Below are positions 13,901 to 27,260 of a DNA stretch of 64,000 nt, piece after piece (the stretch's first letter is position 1; each line of letters opens with the position of its first letter). This DNA is from Albugo candida (lineage: Eukaryota). A model generated the notes under the pieces. The model did not search any database. It was not told where the DNA came from and worked only from the letters and a program-made list of their open reading frames with translations. The DNA is taken from the NCBI GenBank assembly GCA_040437565.1, contig JBDOQK010000010.1, positions 558,001 through 622,000 on the forward strand, written 5' to 3'. The position numbers and the translations under genes are program-made.

Positions 13901-13984
13901 ATTCACAAAACTCCTTGTATTTGTTAAAAAAAATTGCCCGAAATTAAAACAAAAAAAAATGTTGGTTTTAGGGGAATCGCACCA
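10922..13984 (-). mobile_element. Full-length decayed IS630/Tc1/mariner-superfamily DNA transposon with intron-containing DDE transposase
   Basis: Imperfect TIRs tgatgcaactctcctagtaccagca / tggtgcgattcccctaaaaccaaca, TA at 10920-21 and 13985-86; motifs YGHEKVDVV, THDESTF, FDQSSNH, PKFHCECNLIERYW; predicted introns 13312-13373 and 11855-11924; stops and frameshifts. Confidence 0.85.
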
Positions 13985-14539
13985 TAACTGAATACGATGT
14001 GCTGTGCGAGCACTCGACTACGTTTAGTTTTTTCAATCAACCATTCAATCGTTCCTGCGCTACCAGCTATTGCTTTGCCACAGCACTTCACTGCCAAAAA
14101 ATCTGGAATTCTACGTACTTGGTGCGACAAGCAGCTGAAAATTTTCGATCCCACACTTTGGTTAGATGTCGCCGTCATTCTAATTTGTCCCGAATCCTAA
14201 GCAGGAAGAAGCAATTGATCACAGACATCGCCAGCAGCCTAGTAGGGCGACGAATATAGCGTTTTAAAGACGCCTTATCTTGTGCTGTCCTCCAAATGGA
14301 TTTCGGGTACCTAGTATCCAGATAATCAGAACCTCCATACAAGATGAAAGAAGAATGTTAGAGTTGAACGGTACATTCTATTGTAGAAAAAGCAGCCTTC
14401 CAATTATATAGTAGCCAATCAATCATCGCAACGCTATTCCGGACGTTGGACAACTGTAACCATCCGAAAATTTGATGTAATGGGCTTGCGTGAGGCGGAG
14501 GATGGCAAGCTTTGCGCATTCTGATCATTCGCCATCTCA

Positions 14540-14555
14540 GCTCATATTTCAATTT
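14540..14555 (+). promoter_or_regulatory. Oomycete Inr+FPR core promoter motif
   Basis: gctcatatttcaattt, one mismatch to consensus GCTCATTYYNCAWTTT, 18 nt before the ATG at 14574; counterparts upstream of paralogs (50479-50494, ~21907-21924, ~44303-44323). Confidence 0.65.
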
Positions 14556-14573
14556 CTCGGAACGAGCGCAAGT

Positions 14574-15314
14574 ATGGTCAGGTACACGTCAATTCTATCT
14601 GTGGTGGCTTTATCTGACATCCAACCGACCCATACCCATACGACCCAGACCCATACGACCCAGACCCTCTCAGGCTTCACCCATTCGACTTATCATAAAA
14701 AGAGTCAAAAGCAGCCGAATCGGATCAATGTGATGGCACTGGGCGATTGGGGAGCCCCTCTTGATGTCGCGAACCTGGTAGAAGCTCAAAAGTCTGTAGC
14801 TACTATCATGGGTTTGTGGGCCAAATCAAAGGGCGCATTTCATGTGTTGGATTTGGGAGACAGTTTGTACTATCAAGGTACCAGACCACTAAACGTTGAT
14901 TACCGAATGAAGGACAGCTTTGTGGGACCTTACAAGGAACTGCATGCGCAACAGGTACACTGGAGTGGTGTTTATGGAAATCACGATGTTGGTCAAGGGG
15001 CGCCGTTGTGCATTTCGATAGACAACGAGGAGAACAGCAATAATCCAACTAGAATAGTGTGCAACACTCCGGCGGAGGTAGTAGCAGCGCTCCAAGATTT
15101 GATAGAAGGACAAAGAATTTACCACACTTACAATGAACTCTGGCATGAGAAAAAAAATTTCTACACGGAGACATTTACCACTGATGACCTTGTTGTTGAT
15201 CTATACTACGTGGACATGAACTCGATTATGAGCATGGGGAAATCCGGTATTTGCTGCCAGTGCGAACTACCGGAGGGAAACGTTTGGAGATATTGTCAAT
15301 CGGAAACGAAAGAT
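14574..15314 (+). CDS. Secreted PAP-like (calcineurin-like) metallophosphoesterase, 5' part; 3' end lost in gap
   Basis: MVRYTSILSVVALS leader shared with the 49129-50460 paralog; ALGDWG, DLGDSLY, GNHD, VDMNS, ICCQC. Confidence 0.85.
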
Positions 15315-15414
15315 NNNNNNNNNNNNNNNNNNNNNNNNNNNNNNNNNNNNNNNNNNNNNNNNNNNNNNNNNNNNNNNNNNNNNNNNNNNNNNNNNNNNNN
15401 NNNNNNNNNNNNNN

Positions 15415-15894
15415 ATCTGCTGAAGCAGAATATATGGCACTGGCACTTGCTACACAGAAAACTATATGGTTTCGTTACTTGCTCAAAAATATGGGTGTCA
15501 CGTGCAAGACCGCGACTACAGTGCACATGGACAATAAGTCGGCGATAAGTATTGCGACGAATCAAGGCTATACACCAAGAGCTAAACACATTGACCTCAG
15601 GGTGCATTTTGTTCCGGACCACGTTGAACAAGGCGACATACAGCTCAAGCATATCCCGTCAGCTATGCAGCTTGCTGATTACTTGACGAAGCCACTTGGT
15701 GCACCGCAATTACTGCAACTACGCAATGAAAGTGGAATTAGCGAGAGTGCAAGTTGAAGGGGAGTGTAGCGGATTGCAACTTGCATAGAGTGGTTTTCGA
15801 ACTATCTGGAAGGAGCGATCAGTTTATGAGGGGATTTATACATTCATTATTAACATTTTTTTCAACTCTTAATATAACTTTCCATTTTTCAGCA
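15415..15894 (+). mobile_element. Copia 3' fragment: RNase H, PPT and 3' LTR (~15765-15894)
   Basis: AEAEYMAL...DNKSAI...RAKHIDLRVHF...LADYLTKPL; polypurine tract directly followed by TG at 15765. Confidence 0.85.
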
Positions 15895-15959
15895 CTGAGA
15901 AGTAGTTGTGCTTTCGTTATAAGGAATACATTATCGATGGAGTAAATATGTAATAATAA

Positions 15960-18900
15960 CAAAATGCGGAAAACATGTGTATGCGCAAGGAAACTTGAAA
16001 CTTGCCTGCTCACAATCAAAACTATTTCGCTATAGGGGTTTCATCTTCTCTAAAAGGCATTTGTGAGCTATTTGATATACCGTGACTTGGTTATCTGCCC
16101 CAGTAATCCCGATCGTTGTTTAATCTTTCATAGTAACTAATTGATTGGAAGTTCTTTTCGGTAAAATATATGTTTACGGTTTCAAACATCGGTTCCCATG
16201 GTAGGATTGAGCGCGTCATTGCTCAGTGTACCCCTCTATTTCCGAATGTGAAGGGAGCTATGTTGGAAAAGGTGAGAAAAAATGTTGATGCAAGTGATCT
16301 CGAGGAGATTCAATGAGCACGGAAGAGACGGCTGTCAGATATCGGCAGATAGGTATAGGAATACTTGCATGTTATTTACAAAATTTAGGTAGAGGCAGAG
16401 AAAAAGGCAGTTCGGTAAAGTAAGGCATAGAAGAGAAAGAATAGCAGGTAAGGACAAACATACTACAGAATCAATTTCGCCATCAACAACGCACTCAACA
16501 TTTACAACAGCTTATGAGCCCAATAACGGGATCAGACGACAGCAAGGCAGAACCAGCATCAGCAGGTCACGCAAGGGCCTCACCGTCACGCGCAGCAACT
16601 CTTCCGCACTCAGCAGCTGTCATTAGAGACACGCAGCTCGCGAAAAGAGCTCGGCAACCGACTAAGATTCTCGCGGCCCTCGCCGCCATCTCAAATTTCA
16701 TGGAGAAGACGGAGACTTCCCAAATTCGGAACGACGAGGATAAGCGCATGCGTGGTGTGATAGAGTGTAGACTGTTTTACGTCGGATCTCGGTGCGAACA
16801 TGGGCGCAAGGACGATGATAATACATGCGCTGAGGAAGTCCCTGGAGCGCAAACCAGCAGAGTTTCAAGCGTAGGCGCAAGCACCGTCACCTGGATTTGG
16901 AGCATCCTTCTTATCATCTCTCAAGGCGAGGTCACCGATATCGCCCAAACAGCAGATACAGGCGCGCTCTCCGGTCGACACGGTGCCTCCTTGAGCGTTT
17001 GGTGCAGCAGCGCCAGTTTAGGAGCAAGGAGCGCTGCACTGCGCGACACCAACGGCAGCTCAGCGCAATCTCACGGCTCGCAAGTTTGACGGCACCGAGC
17101 TGTATCTTAGCTTGAGGTCCGCTTTTCATGACCGGAGAAAGACGTTTTGTGACAGGTCAACTTGGCCAAGGCATCGCGCGGATTTCGCTGTAGAGAAGGC
17201 GTCAAGGTGGACCTGCTCGGTCATTACCTCGCTGGTACAGCCGAAAGGTACTTTCACAAGCAAGTCGATTTCTGGTGAAACAAGTAAGCGACGCTTGACC
17301 ATGTCCTGTTGGAGACGTTCACGACGACGGTTACGGCTGGACAGTCCATGAAACGTTTCGCGCAGAAAAGGATACAAAAAGGTCGTGAGCAGAGCTTTTT
17401 TGTACCTGGTAGTGGTCAGCGACGCACGAGGGGGTGCAAATTGGCTGGTACTGAACAACATTGTTCATCAAGCGTGTCCAGAGCTCATGGATGTGATACG
17501 AGCCAAGTACGACCCGGCACGAAACGATTATTTGCGACAAGCTGAAGCCCTGACACACTTCGCGACGTCGAACGAGCTCGGAAACGGATCATCTGGGCGT
17601 GAGGTCGTCGCCACGCATGTTGAGAGGTCATATCTTCGAAAGGAGTCGCGCAGATGTTTTATGTGCAGAAAGAATGACCATATTCAAGCGAATTGCCGAA
17701 GCAAGGCGAAAGACGCCCGCAGAAGCGATGATACACAACGAGAAAGAGTGCGACCGCGAGATCTCGATGGCAAACGGCGAGTCTCTCAAGATCCCTAGTG
17801 TTGGAAGGTTTCGCTTACGAGTGATTGGCGATGGTAAAGAGCGAGCGATAACGCTATCGGGCGTATATCTGGCGCCGAAGCTTGCGCGCAACATCACCTC
17901 GTACGAGAAGCTTGAACAGAGAAGGTTCGGTCTCGTGTACAGAAGATCAAGTCTCTCGCTAGTGCGACGCAGCGATGTAGCAATCGCCAACGACGTCAGT
18001 ATGCAGACGAACGTGCTGTACGTGTAGACAATGGTGACAGCTGTGCGCCAAAAGAGGTTATCATGTTTTAATGACGACGCTTAACACAGCCGGATCTAGC
18101 ATGCCAGCACCTGATGTGCATCGCAAATGTCTAATGCGTTTTCATGCTCGGATGGGACACCTATCGCTCGACACGGTCTAACGAATGCTGAAGACACCAG
18201 GGTCTGGCATCAAGATTACGAACCACAAGTGGACGGTTTGTATTTTGTGCAAAGCAGGGAAACAGACAAAGAACAAGCAGTCACGAGCGGACACCGGCGA
18301 ACACACGCCTGTTGATCGGATTGGTGGAGTGATTTGTTCCGATTTGAAGGGCCGAAGACGCCATCAGATAGGCGCGAAAATTGCTACTTCGCTGTTTTCA
18401 TCAACCACATGTCGAACTACCGTCGCGTTTTTCTAGCTTCGACGAAATACAAGGCTGCAAAGAAGTTCAGGATTTCTTGGCGTTTTTAAAGCGAATGTTT
18501 GACTACAAAATCCACGTTTTGCCAATGAACGGTGGGTGCGAGTACAAAATGGTGACCTGTTCTGCCAGCGTGTAGGAGTCGCGCGACAAAAAAGTGAAGC
18601 GCGGAATCAAGCTCCGAACGGCAAGGCTGAGCGCATGCACCGGACGATACTCAATATGGCGCGCAGCATGATAGTTTCCAGCCGGCTGCCGCTCAAATTT
18701 CGGGAAGACCCCGTCGAGTACGCCACGTACATCCTAAAACAGGATTCATATATAAGCGAACATGAGACGCGCATCGCCGACTGAAATATTGACAAATAAA
18801 GCGCCTGATCTTCGAGAGATTGTTTTGTTTGGGAGCACTTGCGCGGTATAGACCCACGAAAAAACTCGCTTACGCATGGATAGTATGTCGCCAGCATTAT

Positions 18901-21890
18901 TGGAATTAGCTGCGAAACCAAAGGTTTTTTTGCAGAAGAATAACAATGTCGTGACTGAACATGGAGACGCTTAGTGACGAGCAAAACAATCAGCTGCAGC
19001 GCTCATTGGAGTTTGAATACCAAGTGGAGTTACCTACATCTACAACAGCGACTCAAGTCACTACATTTGGATGCGCGGCACCAGATACGAGTATTAAGAG
19101 CGTCCACAAGGGAAAAAACAGTGAAAGCGTCCAGTGTATGGCACTCGAGCGATGTCTAACGCAGAGTGGCGACTGGCGATCAGGACGAATCAGCTCAAAG
19201 TCTAAGCGTGGTGAGCCAGGTTTTCGAGCGCCATCCGAAGAACTGAACCGACTTGATGCGCAGTTCAAAGCGTGAGGACTGGAAGAGGGAAATGCTAGAA
19301 GAGCTGAACGCGCTCGAGGAACGCTGGAACATAGAAAGGCTCAAGGCACGATTAGCGGCGTGCGGGAACGATCAAGTATACAGTCTACTACAGTCTCACT
19401 TCCGCTGCGGTTAAAGACATGTTGACAGTCAATGTGATACTGGCGCTCGCAGCGACATGGAAAGTACCGGTAAAGCACGGAGACATACCGAATGCGTATG
19501 TCAAGGCCGACACAAAGAAGCGCATCTCGAGAGTTATCTACAAGTTCCTCGGGGCATGGACGTAGCTTATAAGGCGCTAGAGAATCTCGGTGCAAGAAGC
19601 AAGAGCGACTTGGTGCTGCAGCTTCATAAGAGCTTATACGGATCAAAGCAAGCGGGGCGCCTGTGAAGTCAATATCTACATGCAAGGCTCACGAGGCGGG
19701 ATAAAAACAGTGCGTTGCGGACATGTGGTTATATCGCAAACAATATGATGAAGATATTGACGTCGGTGTATATTTCGATGGCCTGCTGGCACCCGGCACT
19801 AGCGCTGATGCTTGCAATCGGTTCTTCGTCAGTCTCGGCTCGCTGTCGATTTAGGACTTGGTACGTGTTTCAAGGTTTCGAGTATGCGCGTGTGACTTGA
19901 TAAAGACGGATCCTATGTTCTGGATTAGGAGGAGGCTATTCAAGACCTACTGCACGTGCATGGGCTTGTAGAAGCAAACTCGACACTTTCGCCAATTAAA
20001 GCCGCCTGTCGAGGCTGCAAACCCATCAATCAAGGACTTTCAGTCTCTTGTTGGAGGTCTACTGTAGGTGGCATGGTGCACGCGAATGGATGTGTCGATC
20101 GCTGTGCACAAGTCGATGAGCCAAATACACCATCCACGCGTTCACGATTGAAAGTTGGCGAAGCGCATTGCGCGCTTTCTGAAAAAGAACCAAGGATTCA
20201 AGCTGCGGATGACCTCATCGCGGGAAACTCCGACGCCGGAGTCATACAGCGACCCAGATTTTGCAAGTGACAAGAAGGACCGCAAGCCGTTGACTGGAAG
20301 CGTCGTTTTGCTTAGTGGCATGCTAGTAAGCGGGAGCGCGAAAAAATAGGGTGGCGTCTTCTTGTCGACTATGGAAGCTGAGTTTGTTGCCAGTTCGGAA
20401 GCCTCGCCCAATTTTGCTCGTCGCCCGTGAGATGCTGGGCGAGATCAACATGACGCCGGCTCTGCCCATGCTAGTGCATTCCGGTAGGCAGGCGGCCATC
20501 AAGCAACTTGAAGGCGAGGATTGTCGATCAAGGCTAAATACATTGATGTGCGGCTCAAGTTCGTGTGCGACTACGCCAGACGCAGCATTGTGCTCCCACA
20601 ATACGTGCGTTTGGAGCAGATGCTCGCAGACTTGCTGACAAAAGCACTGGACCCAGCAAAGCTTGCAAGATTGCGTGGACTGATGTGCTTGGAGTATTAT
20701 TCAAGGACTTCGAGCTGAACAAAAGTGCTTGCTTGAGATGAAAGTGGTGATGGTGATGATGGCGCGATCAAGATGGCTGCATCCGAGGAGGAGTGTTTGA
20801 AAAGGTGAGAAAAGTTGAAGGTGCAACTAAATCTCGAGCAACTTCAATGAGCACGGAAGAGACGGCTGTAAGATCTCGACAGATAGGTATAGGAATAACT
20901 GCATGTTGTTCACAAAATTTAGGTAGAGCCAGAAAAAAATGAAGCTCGGTAAAGCTAGACAGTAATGCATAGAAGAGAAAGAATAGCAGGTAAGGACAGA
21001 CATAATAGAGAATCAATTTCGCCATTAACAATGCACCCAAGATTTACAACATGCTGCAACACCGCACTCTTGATATGTCATTTCGTGGCATAGGATAAAT
21101 CCACAGTATTTAGGTGCCTAGAACCAACGGCCTTGTCTCTCGACTTCCATGTTAGTTACACGTTATAATGTAAGATCAGCACTTTGTGGTGCACTTTAGA
21201 TGCACAAGCTTTCGTCTCAGTCATATTCTATGATTCTTGTTCCCACTTGTGTAAAAGAATACCAGAAGCGATCACAAAATTATAATCAGCACTGCATGAT
21301 TTTTGTTGTTTACATATTAAGTACACTAGACTTCCTCTTTTTAATAGGCCTCACGTCTCTCTGGAAACAGAAAGATATGGNNNNNNNNNNNNNNNNNNNN
21401 NNNNNNNNNNNNNNNNNNNNNNNNNNNNNNNNNNNNNNNNNNNNNNNNNNNNNNNNNNNNNNNNNNNNNNNNNNNNNNNNACCGTGAGGAGAAAAACTGT
21501 CTCCCAAATCAAGCACAGCGCGTGTACATCTATCTTTTAATTCCAAACGCACTACGTCAAGCACTCGAAATTTCAAACGGTAGACCTTTCGTTAATTCAC
21601 ATTGGTTATTCTTAGTGTCTCGATGTGTGACCAGAACCAAGATACCATGATAGTCACCACAGATCTTCTGAGTCTCTACCATAGCTTTGTCATCGACACG
21701 GGGCGCCTCAATCGCCCAGTGTCATCCCATAAAACTGATTTTTATTCTGCTCGTTTTGCCTCGATTCCGTATGGGTCGAATGGGTGAGCCTTGGTTGGGT
21801 AAAGTTTTATTCAGTAAGTTTCATATGAGTCTGGCTCAGTTGGATCCCAGATAAAGCAACCAGAGATAAAACTACCTTTTACTTGCCCAT
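15960..21890 (-). pseudogene. PAP-like phosphatase pseudogene split by a Copia insertion
   Basis: ATG at 21890 behind the paralogous promoter; MTLGD*GAP at ~21700-21730; VLDLGDSF at ~21490-21515; YQECG at ~21063-21077; remainder 15960-16260 colinear with the 3' parts of the pseudogenes at 45450 and 51620. Confidence 0.75.
16261..21051 (+). mobile_element. Full-length decayed Ty1/Copia LTR retrotransposon
   Basis: LTRs 16261-16509 and 20794-21051 (TG...CA); PBS gcttatgagccca; PPT gaggaggag; gag zinc knuckle CFMCRKNDHIQANC, integrase NGKAERMHRTI, RT KSLYGSKQAG, RNase H remnants; degenerate TSD agcta/tgctg. Confidence 0.92.
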
Positions 21891-24149
21891 GCTTGCTCTC
21901 GTTAAAAAAATCTGAAATATGAGCTAAGATCACTAATGCTCGGAATGCGCAAAGCTTGCCATTCTTCGCCTCACGCAAGCCCATCAAACTAAATTTCGAA
22001 TGATTACAGCTTTTCAAAGTTCGAAAAAGCGTTCCGAAAATTGATTGGGTATTGAATAATTAGAATACTGCTTTTTATGTAAAAAAGAAATGTACCGTTT
22101 GCCTTGAACCCTCGTGCCGCATCATCTCAAAATGAAGGCACTGAGTAATTGAATGCCGGATATCCGAGTGCAATTTCGAAGACAGCATAAGATAAGTCTT
22201 AAAATAGAAAGCGCCTTGAAGTTGTTGGATATCGACTGACGTTGGAATTTGTGCATGTGGAGTCTGGAGGAGATTTCTTTTGTTAGGGTGATGCGTGCCG
22301 TACTTTCTACCTATTAAGGAGCATAATCATGCGNNNNNNNNNNNNNNNNNNNNNNNNNNNNNNNNNNNNNNNNNNNNNNNNNNNNNNNNNNNNNNNNNNN
22401 NNNNNNNNNNNNNNNNNNNNNNNNNNNNNNNNNAGGCTCAGAACGATTGGCGGATATATTAATTTTTCCACAATACACTCCAATTTTTTTACCTATGAGA
22501 ACTACCAGCGGTCCAAGGGCCGTCTCTACGTCGAACTTGTCTGTTCAACAGAAGTGCGATTGTTTTACCTCTTGCTGAGCAATGTTTCGACTCTGTGCTA
22601 CCAGCAATCTCCAGTCCAATTCTACGTAATCACCCTAAGATAAAGCTGCTGTCATATGGACATGGTGCAGTGTCTTTCCCGCGAAAACGGCTTCTCGGTA
22701 ACTGCCACTTACAACGCTCCTTCTCGGACGTGGCATTAAGACGAGCCTCCCGAAGATGGCATGCACTTACTCCAGATTACAAAGTCCGCGCAGCTCCGCC
22801 TCCGATGGTGCCGGTAACGATTTTGTGAACAAGTCCGCTTGTACAAGGCGCTACTCCAAGAACTCCAGCTTCATGATACTTTTTCCTGCACAATCGCGAA
22901 TTGAACCTTGTCCGTATGCCCGCATGTTTCACGCTAACCATACTCCCTTCAGACTTTGACTGCCTGATGGATGCTTGGCTGTCGATTAGCACGTTTATTG
23001 GTCCACGTCAGTGCGTCCAATTTCCTTTATCAGTTCTCGAATCCAAGCCGTTCTCGTCCCAGATGCGAGGCCGATATCCCGGTCTGCTTCTTGCAGATGC
23101 ACTGAATAATTGCCCCACTCACAGAGCACATCACCTGCGACGGACTTTCAATTGGCCTTGTCCGCCGCGAAGCCAAATTGCTTCATCTTATTACCGTAAT
23201 CGCACACACCTTTGACTCGATCTTCATGTNNNNNNNNNNNNNNNNNNNNNNNNNNNNNNNNNNNNNNNNNNNNNNNNNNNNNNNNNNNNNNNNNNNNNNN
23301 NNNNNNNNNNNNNNNNNNNNNNNNNNNNNTGCAACGCCACCCCTCAACCCGTTTGGCATCCTCAAATCACGTTTCGACACTCTGTTGCAGAAGCTAGCAA
23401 CATTGTTAAAAAACGAGAGAGAGCTATTGACCATAAATTCCATGTGGCTTTTCAGTTCCTGAGAACCTCATGATGCTGAAGATATCATATTTTAATCGGA
23501 CTGATACTACGCTGGCGTCATGCGATTTTTTGTAAAATCATGTAAAAGACAATGTGTACATTTTCGTCGGTGACGGTGATAGGATTAGAGGACTCCGAGT
23601 GTTTTTGTCTGTAGGGCACTAGTATCACGATTAAAGAGATGATAGTACCTACATAATAGAGTTCTCAATAAGGACATATTCGGCAGCATAATGTAACGCA
23701 CTGCCTGCACCTGACGACGTATGGCGACTAGTGAAAGCACAGTTTTGACAGCTTGAAGCACTACTTGCATTTCCACGTGATGTTCGTACAGTTGTGAGGT
23801 TAGAAACTAATGTTACCTCAGCGCCCGTCATACTGTAAATAATTGAGCAAGTGGATGCATAATCGTTCATTAAATAATCCGAAGAGGACGACGACGTGTG
23901 AACCTGGCATCGTCAGCGGAAACACCGACCGCATAGCCAAGCCATCTAGTTGTACAGAAGGTATCAAAATGCTTCAAACTTAGAGGCTTAGAGCACGTCT
24001 ACTTGAAACACTAATACTGATTTGGAAAGAAGGTCTGGGATAGCCAACGAGATTGGCAGCTGTATCGACTAGCGATACCCAGATTGCATAAAAGAAGGGA
24101 AGATGAGAATTTACATATTTTGGTGAGATGCTAGATGGTAGATCTTCGC

Positions 24150-27100
24150 TGCAGCAAAGGTCTCTAAAGAAATGCAGGTCGTGTTGTTCACAGAAGCATG
24201 TCAGAGTTTACGAACAATCAAGCTTGATCCTATACTCTTCCTATTGAACCACTTGAACCAGAAAAGCAGTTTATAGTTGACCACTTGCCAGTGGCAACTG
24301 CGGTGGCAGCCCCACATTAGGATTCGATTGACAATCAAAAATATGATGGAGAAGCCAGTAGTCCATTATTACGAAGTGGATGTGGTATGCGATACCGCTG
24401 TATGGATAGTTAAATCTGCCCTTACCTCCTTCGAAGGTCGAACTGTATTGGACCTTGTGATTTTATTTAGTCGTCCATATATTATGGACACACGTTTCAG
24501 ACACTCACTGGCTAAATCTAGCGTTAACAGTTTTGTGCTCAGTAATTCCGTCAATAATCCGCTCACTTGCTTTAGCCCGTGATGAGACCTCTTAAGTTTC
24601 AGGGACAGTTTGTCCTTAGCATTCACCCCAAGCTCTCTCAGCGTCTCAACAGACACGCTCATCCGCTGCGGTACTGGAAGAAATATCACTAATTGCTTAT
24701 CCTTGCCAGCGCTCACATAGTGGCTAGATATGTCTCCACGTCTTCCTGATACTCCCCAGCGAAGAGCAACTACCAGTGACCTTTATGGTATCCAATTTCT
24801 TGACCGCAGCGAGTGTCAAGCCACGGACGGTAGACAGCAAAGACCTGCTCGTTTCCGGAGGCAACCAGTCTCGCCTTGAATCGCCCAAGTTTTGTTGCAG
24901 CATCCGTCTTGGTTTGAAGCACCCAATTTGTATGAAAAACATGAATCCCCACAGGAGGTACGACCATCATTCCAACAGCGTTCCCCTACAAAGCTTGCAA
25001 CTTTTGCTACAGTACACTTTTCCTTTGGTATGCTTCTCAAAGCATCACTAGCATCACCATAGGGCTTTGATTNNNNNNNNNNNNNNNNNNNNNNNNNNNN
25101 NNNNNNNNNNNNNNNNNNNNNNNNNNNNNNNNNNNNNNNNNNNNNNNNNNNNNNNNNNNNNNNNNNNNNNNNTGCAGCATCCGTCTTGGTTTGAAGCACC
25201 CAATTTGTATGAAAAACATGAATCCCCACAGGAGGTACGACCATCATTCCAACAGCGTTCCCCTACAAAGCTTGCAACTTTTGCTACAGTACACTTTTCC
25301 TTTGGTATGCTTCTCAAAGCATCACTAGCATCACCATAGGGCTTTGATTCACTCTCCCGTATACAGTTTACCATATCCGAAAGCTTTTTCAAATTGTTCT
25401 CTCGCTTTTACTTCGAGCCTTTCGAACGTTGGGTCTGGTCACGTGCGCATCTCATGTCCATTCCACCCTTCTTGTACAATTCTTGTGCGCCTTAGGTCGA
25501 GCAAAAGGGAGAGTCATCACTTCCTGAGTTAAGTCGTTGCCGATATTTTCTCCATGTTCAGCAAGATGCAGTCGACGAAGTTGATTGTTCTTCTCCTTCT
25601 TTATTGTATTGACGTTCTTCACGTGTTATGAAAGGACACAACTTCGTCGCTTGGAAAGTACACGCGGTAGCGCTTTATTTCGTCGACCTGGTGCACAGTG
25701 CAAGGTGACGCGACAACCAGGATGTCACTAAGAACGGGCATTATTTATCTCAAGTCCACGAGTGGATTGGCGATCGACATTCGCTTTGCTGGGGCTTTTG
25801 TCAGCATTTAAGCGTCTTCACAGAAGCGCTGCAGTAATTCACACGAGAATATAATGCACCGCAAGCTATTCATCATGGTACGGTGCATCCACTCATCCTT
25901 GGGGTACTAGCTTGGTTTCTTGGCGCACCGATTCGTCTTCCGAAACCAGTCTCCTTGAAGAAAAAACTCCAACGGCTGATATTCTTTTCCGCCGTCCATT
26001 TGAAGAACGTAGATTTGACAATCAAATAGACTTTCAAGAATGCAAACTAGATTTAAACCTCTGCACCACCACAAATGTATTTATCGCTAGGAAAATCTGG
26101 CGATGTCTCGTCCGATGATTCACGGCATTCACCATTTAGCTATTCCCCAATCTGTCAAAGGGGGTCACTAANNNNNNNNNNNNNNNNNNNNNNNNNNNNN
26201 NNNNNNNNNNNNNNNNNNNNNNNNNNNNNNNNNNNNNNNNNNNNNNNNNNNNNNNNNNNNNNNNNNNNNNNAATGCAAACTAGATTTAAACCTCTGCACC
26301 ACCACAAATGTATTTATCGCTAGGAAAATCTGGCGATATCTCGTCCGATGATTCACGGCATTCACCATTTAGCTATTCCCCAATCTGTCAAAGGGGGTCA
26401 CTAACCTTTCAAGTCTGAGCAAATGATATCTCCTGTAACGTTGACGGGTGGGTTATTTCCTTACCGACTATCGCCTCTTGATATGCTTGCGTTGCGTCCA
26501 GGTTGAGCTGTTCTCCCGTGTCTAATTGCTTAGCCGTATACCAAAATCCATGTTTTCTGCCGTCTTGATTATCGTGCCATAGTTCATGTGACCCAGTCTT
26601 ATATGCGCGTCCCCTTATGCAAGTAGTGGCTTACTTAGACTTCGTTATTTGTTATAAAAGATATCACACGGTATACAGGCTGTTTGACGCGTTCTCATTC
26701 ACGAGCGGGCACGCACGATTAATAAGTTGTTTGTATCTCCACGTCGAAAATAGCCGACCCGCTGTCAAACTTAGCGCAACTCTGCGGTGCTCTCGTTGAG
26801 ATAAACTGAACTCTTTAGCCTCCAAAATACAGTTTGCAGTAATGGTTCTCTCCGATTTCTCTACGAAATGAACATCTAGCAACAGCGCTTTTTTTGCTTT
26901 CACTATCGCTGTGGTAGCAATGATAACGCTTCAACGTTTCGTAATTNNNNNNNNNNNNNNNNNNNNNNNNNNNNNNNNNNNNNNNNNNNNNNNNNNNNNN
27001 NNNNNNNNNNNNNNNNNNNNNNNNNNNNNNNNNNNNNNNNNNNNNNACGTCGAAAATAGCCGACCCGCTGTCAAACTTAGCGCAACTCTGCGGTGCTCTC

Positions 27101-27260
27101 GTTGAGATAAACTGAACTCTTTAGCCTCCAAAATACAGTTTGCAGTAATGGTTCTCTCCGATTTCTCTACGAAATGAACATCTAGCAACAGCGCTTTTTT
27201 TGCTTTCACTATCGCTGTGGTAGCAATGATAACGCTTCAACGTTTCGTAATTGGTTATGG
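24150..27260 (-). mobile_element. Heavily decayed Copia internal region (protease to RT)
   Basis: HTNWVLQTKTDA..RFKARLVASGNEQ; LKLKRSHHGLKQ; integrase-like remnants near 25900-26450; boundaries approximate. Confidence 0.7.

Noticed and set aside
14490-15757. Apparent phosphatase-Copia RNase H fusion ORF
   Set aside because: Created by translating through an N gap; the two sides are separate contigs
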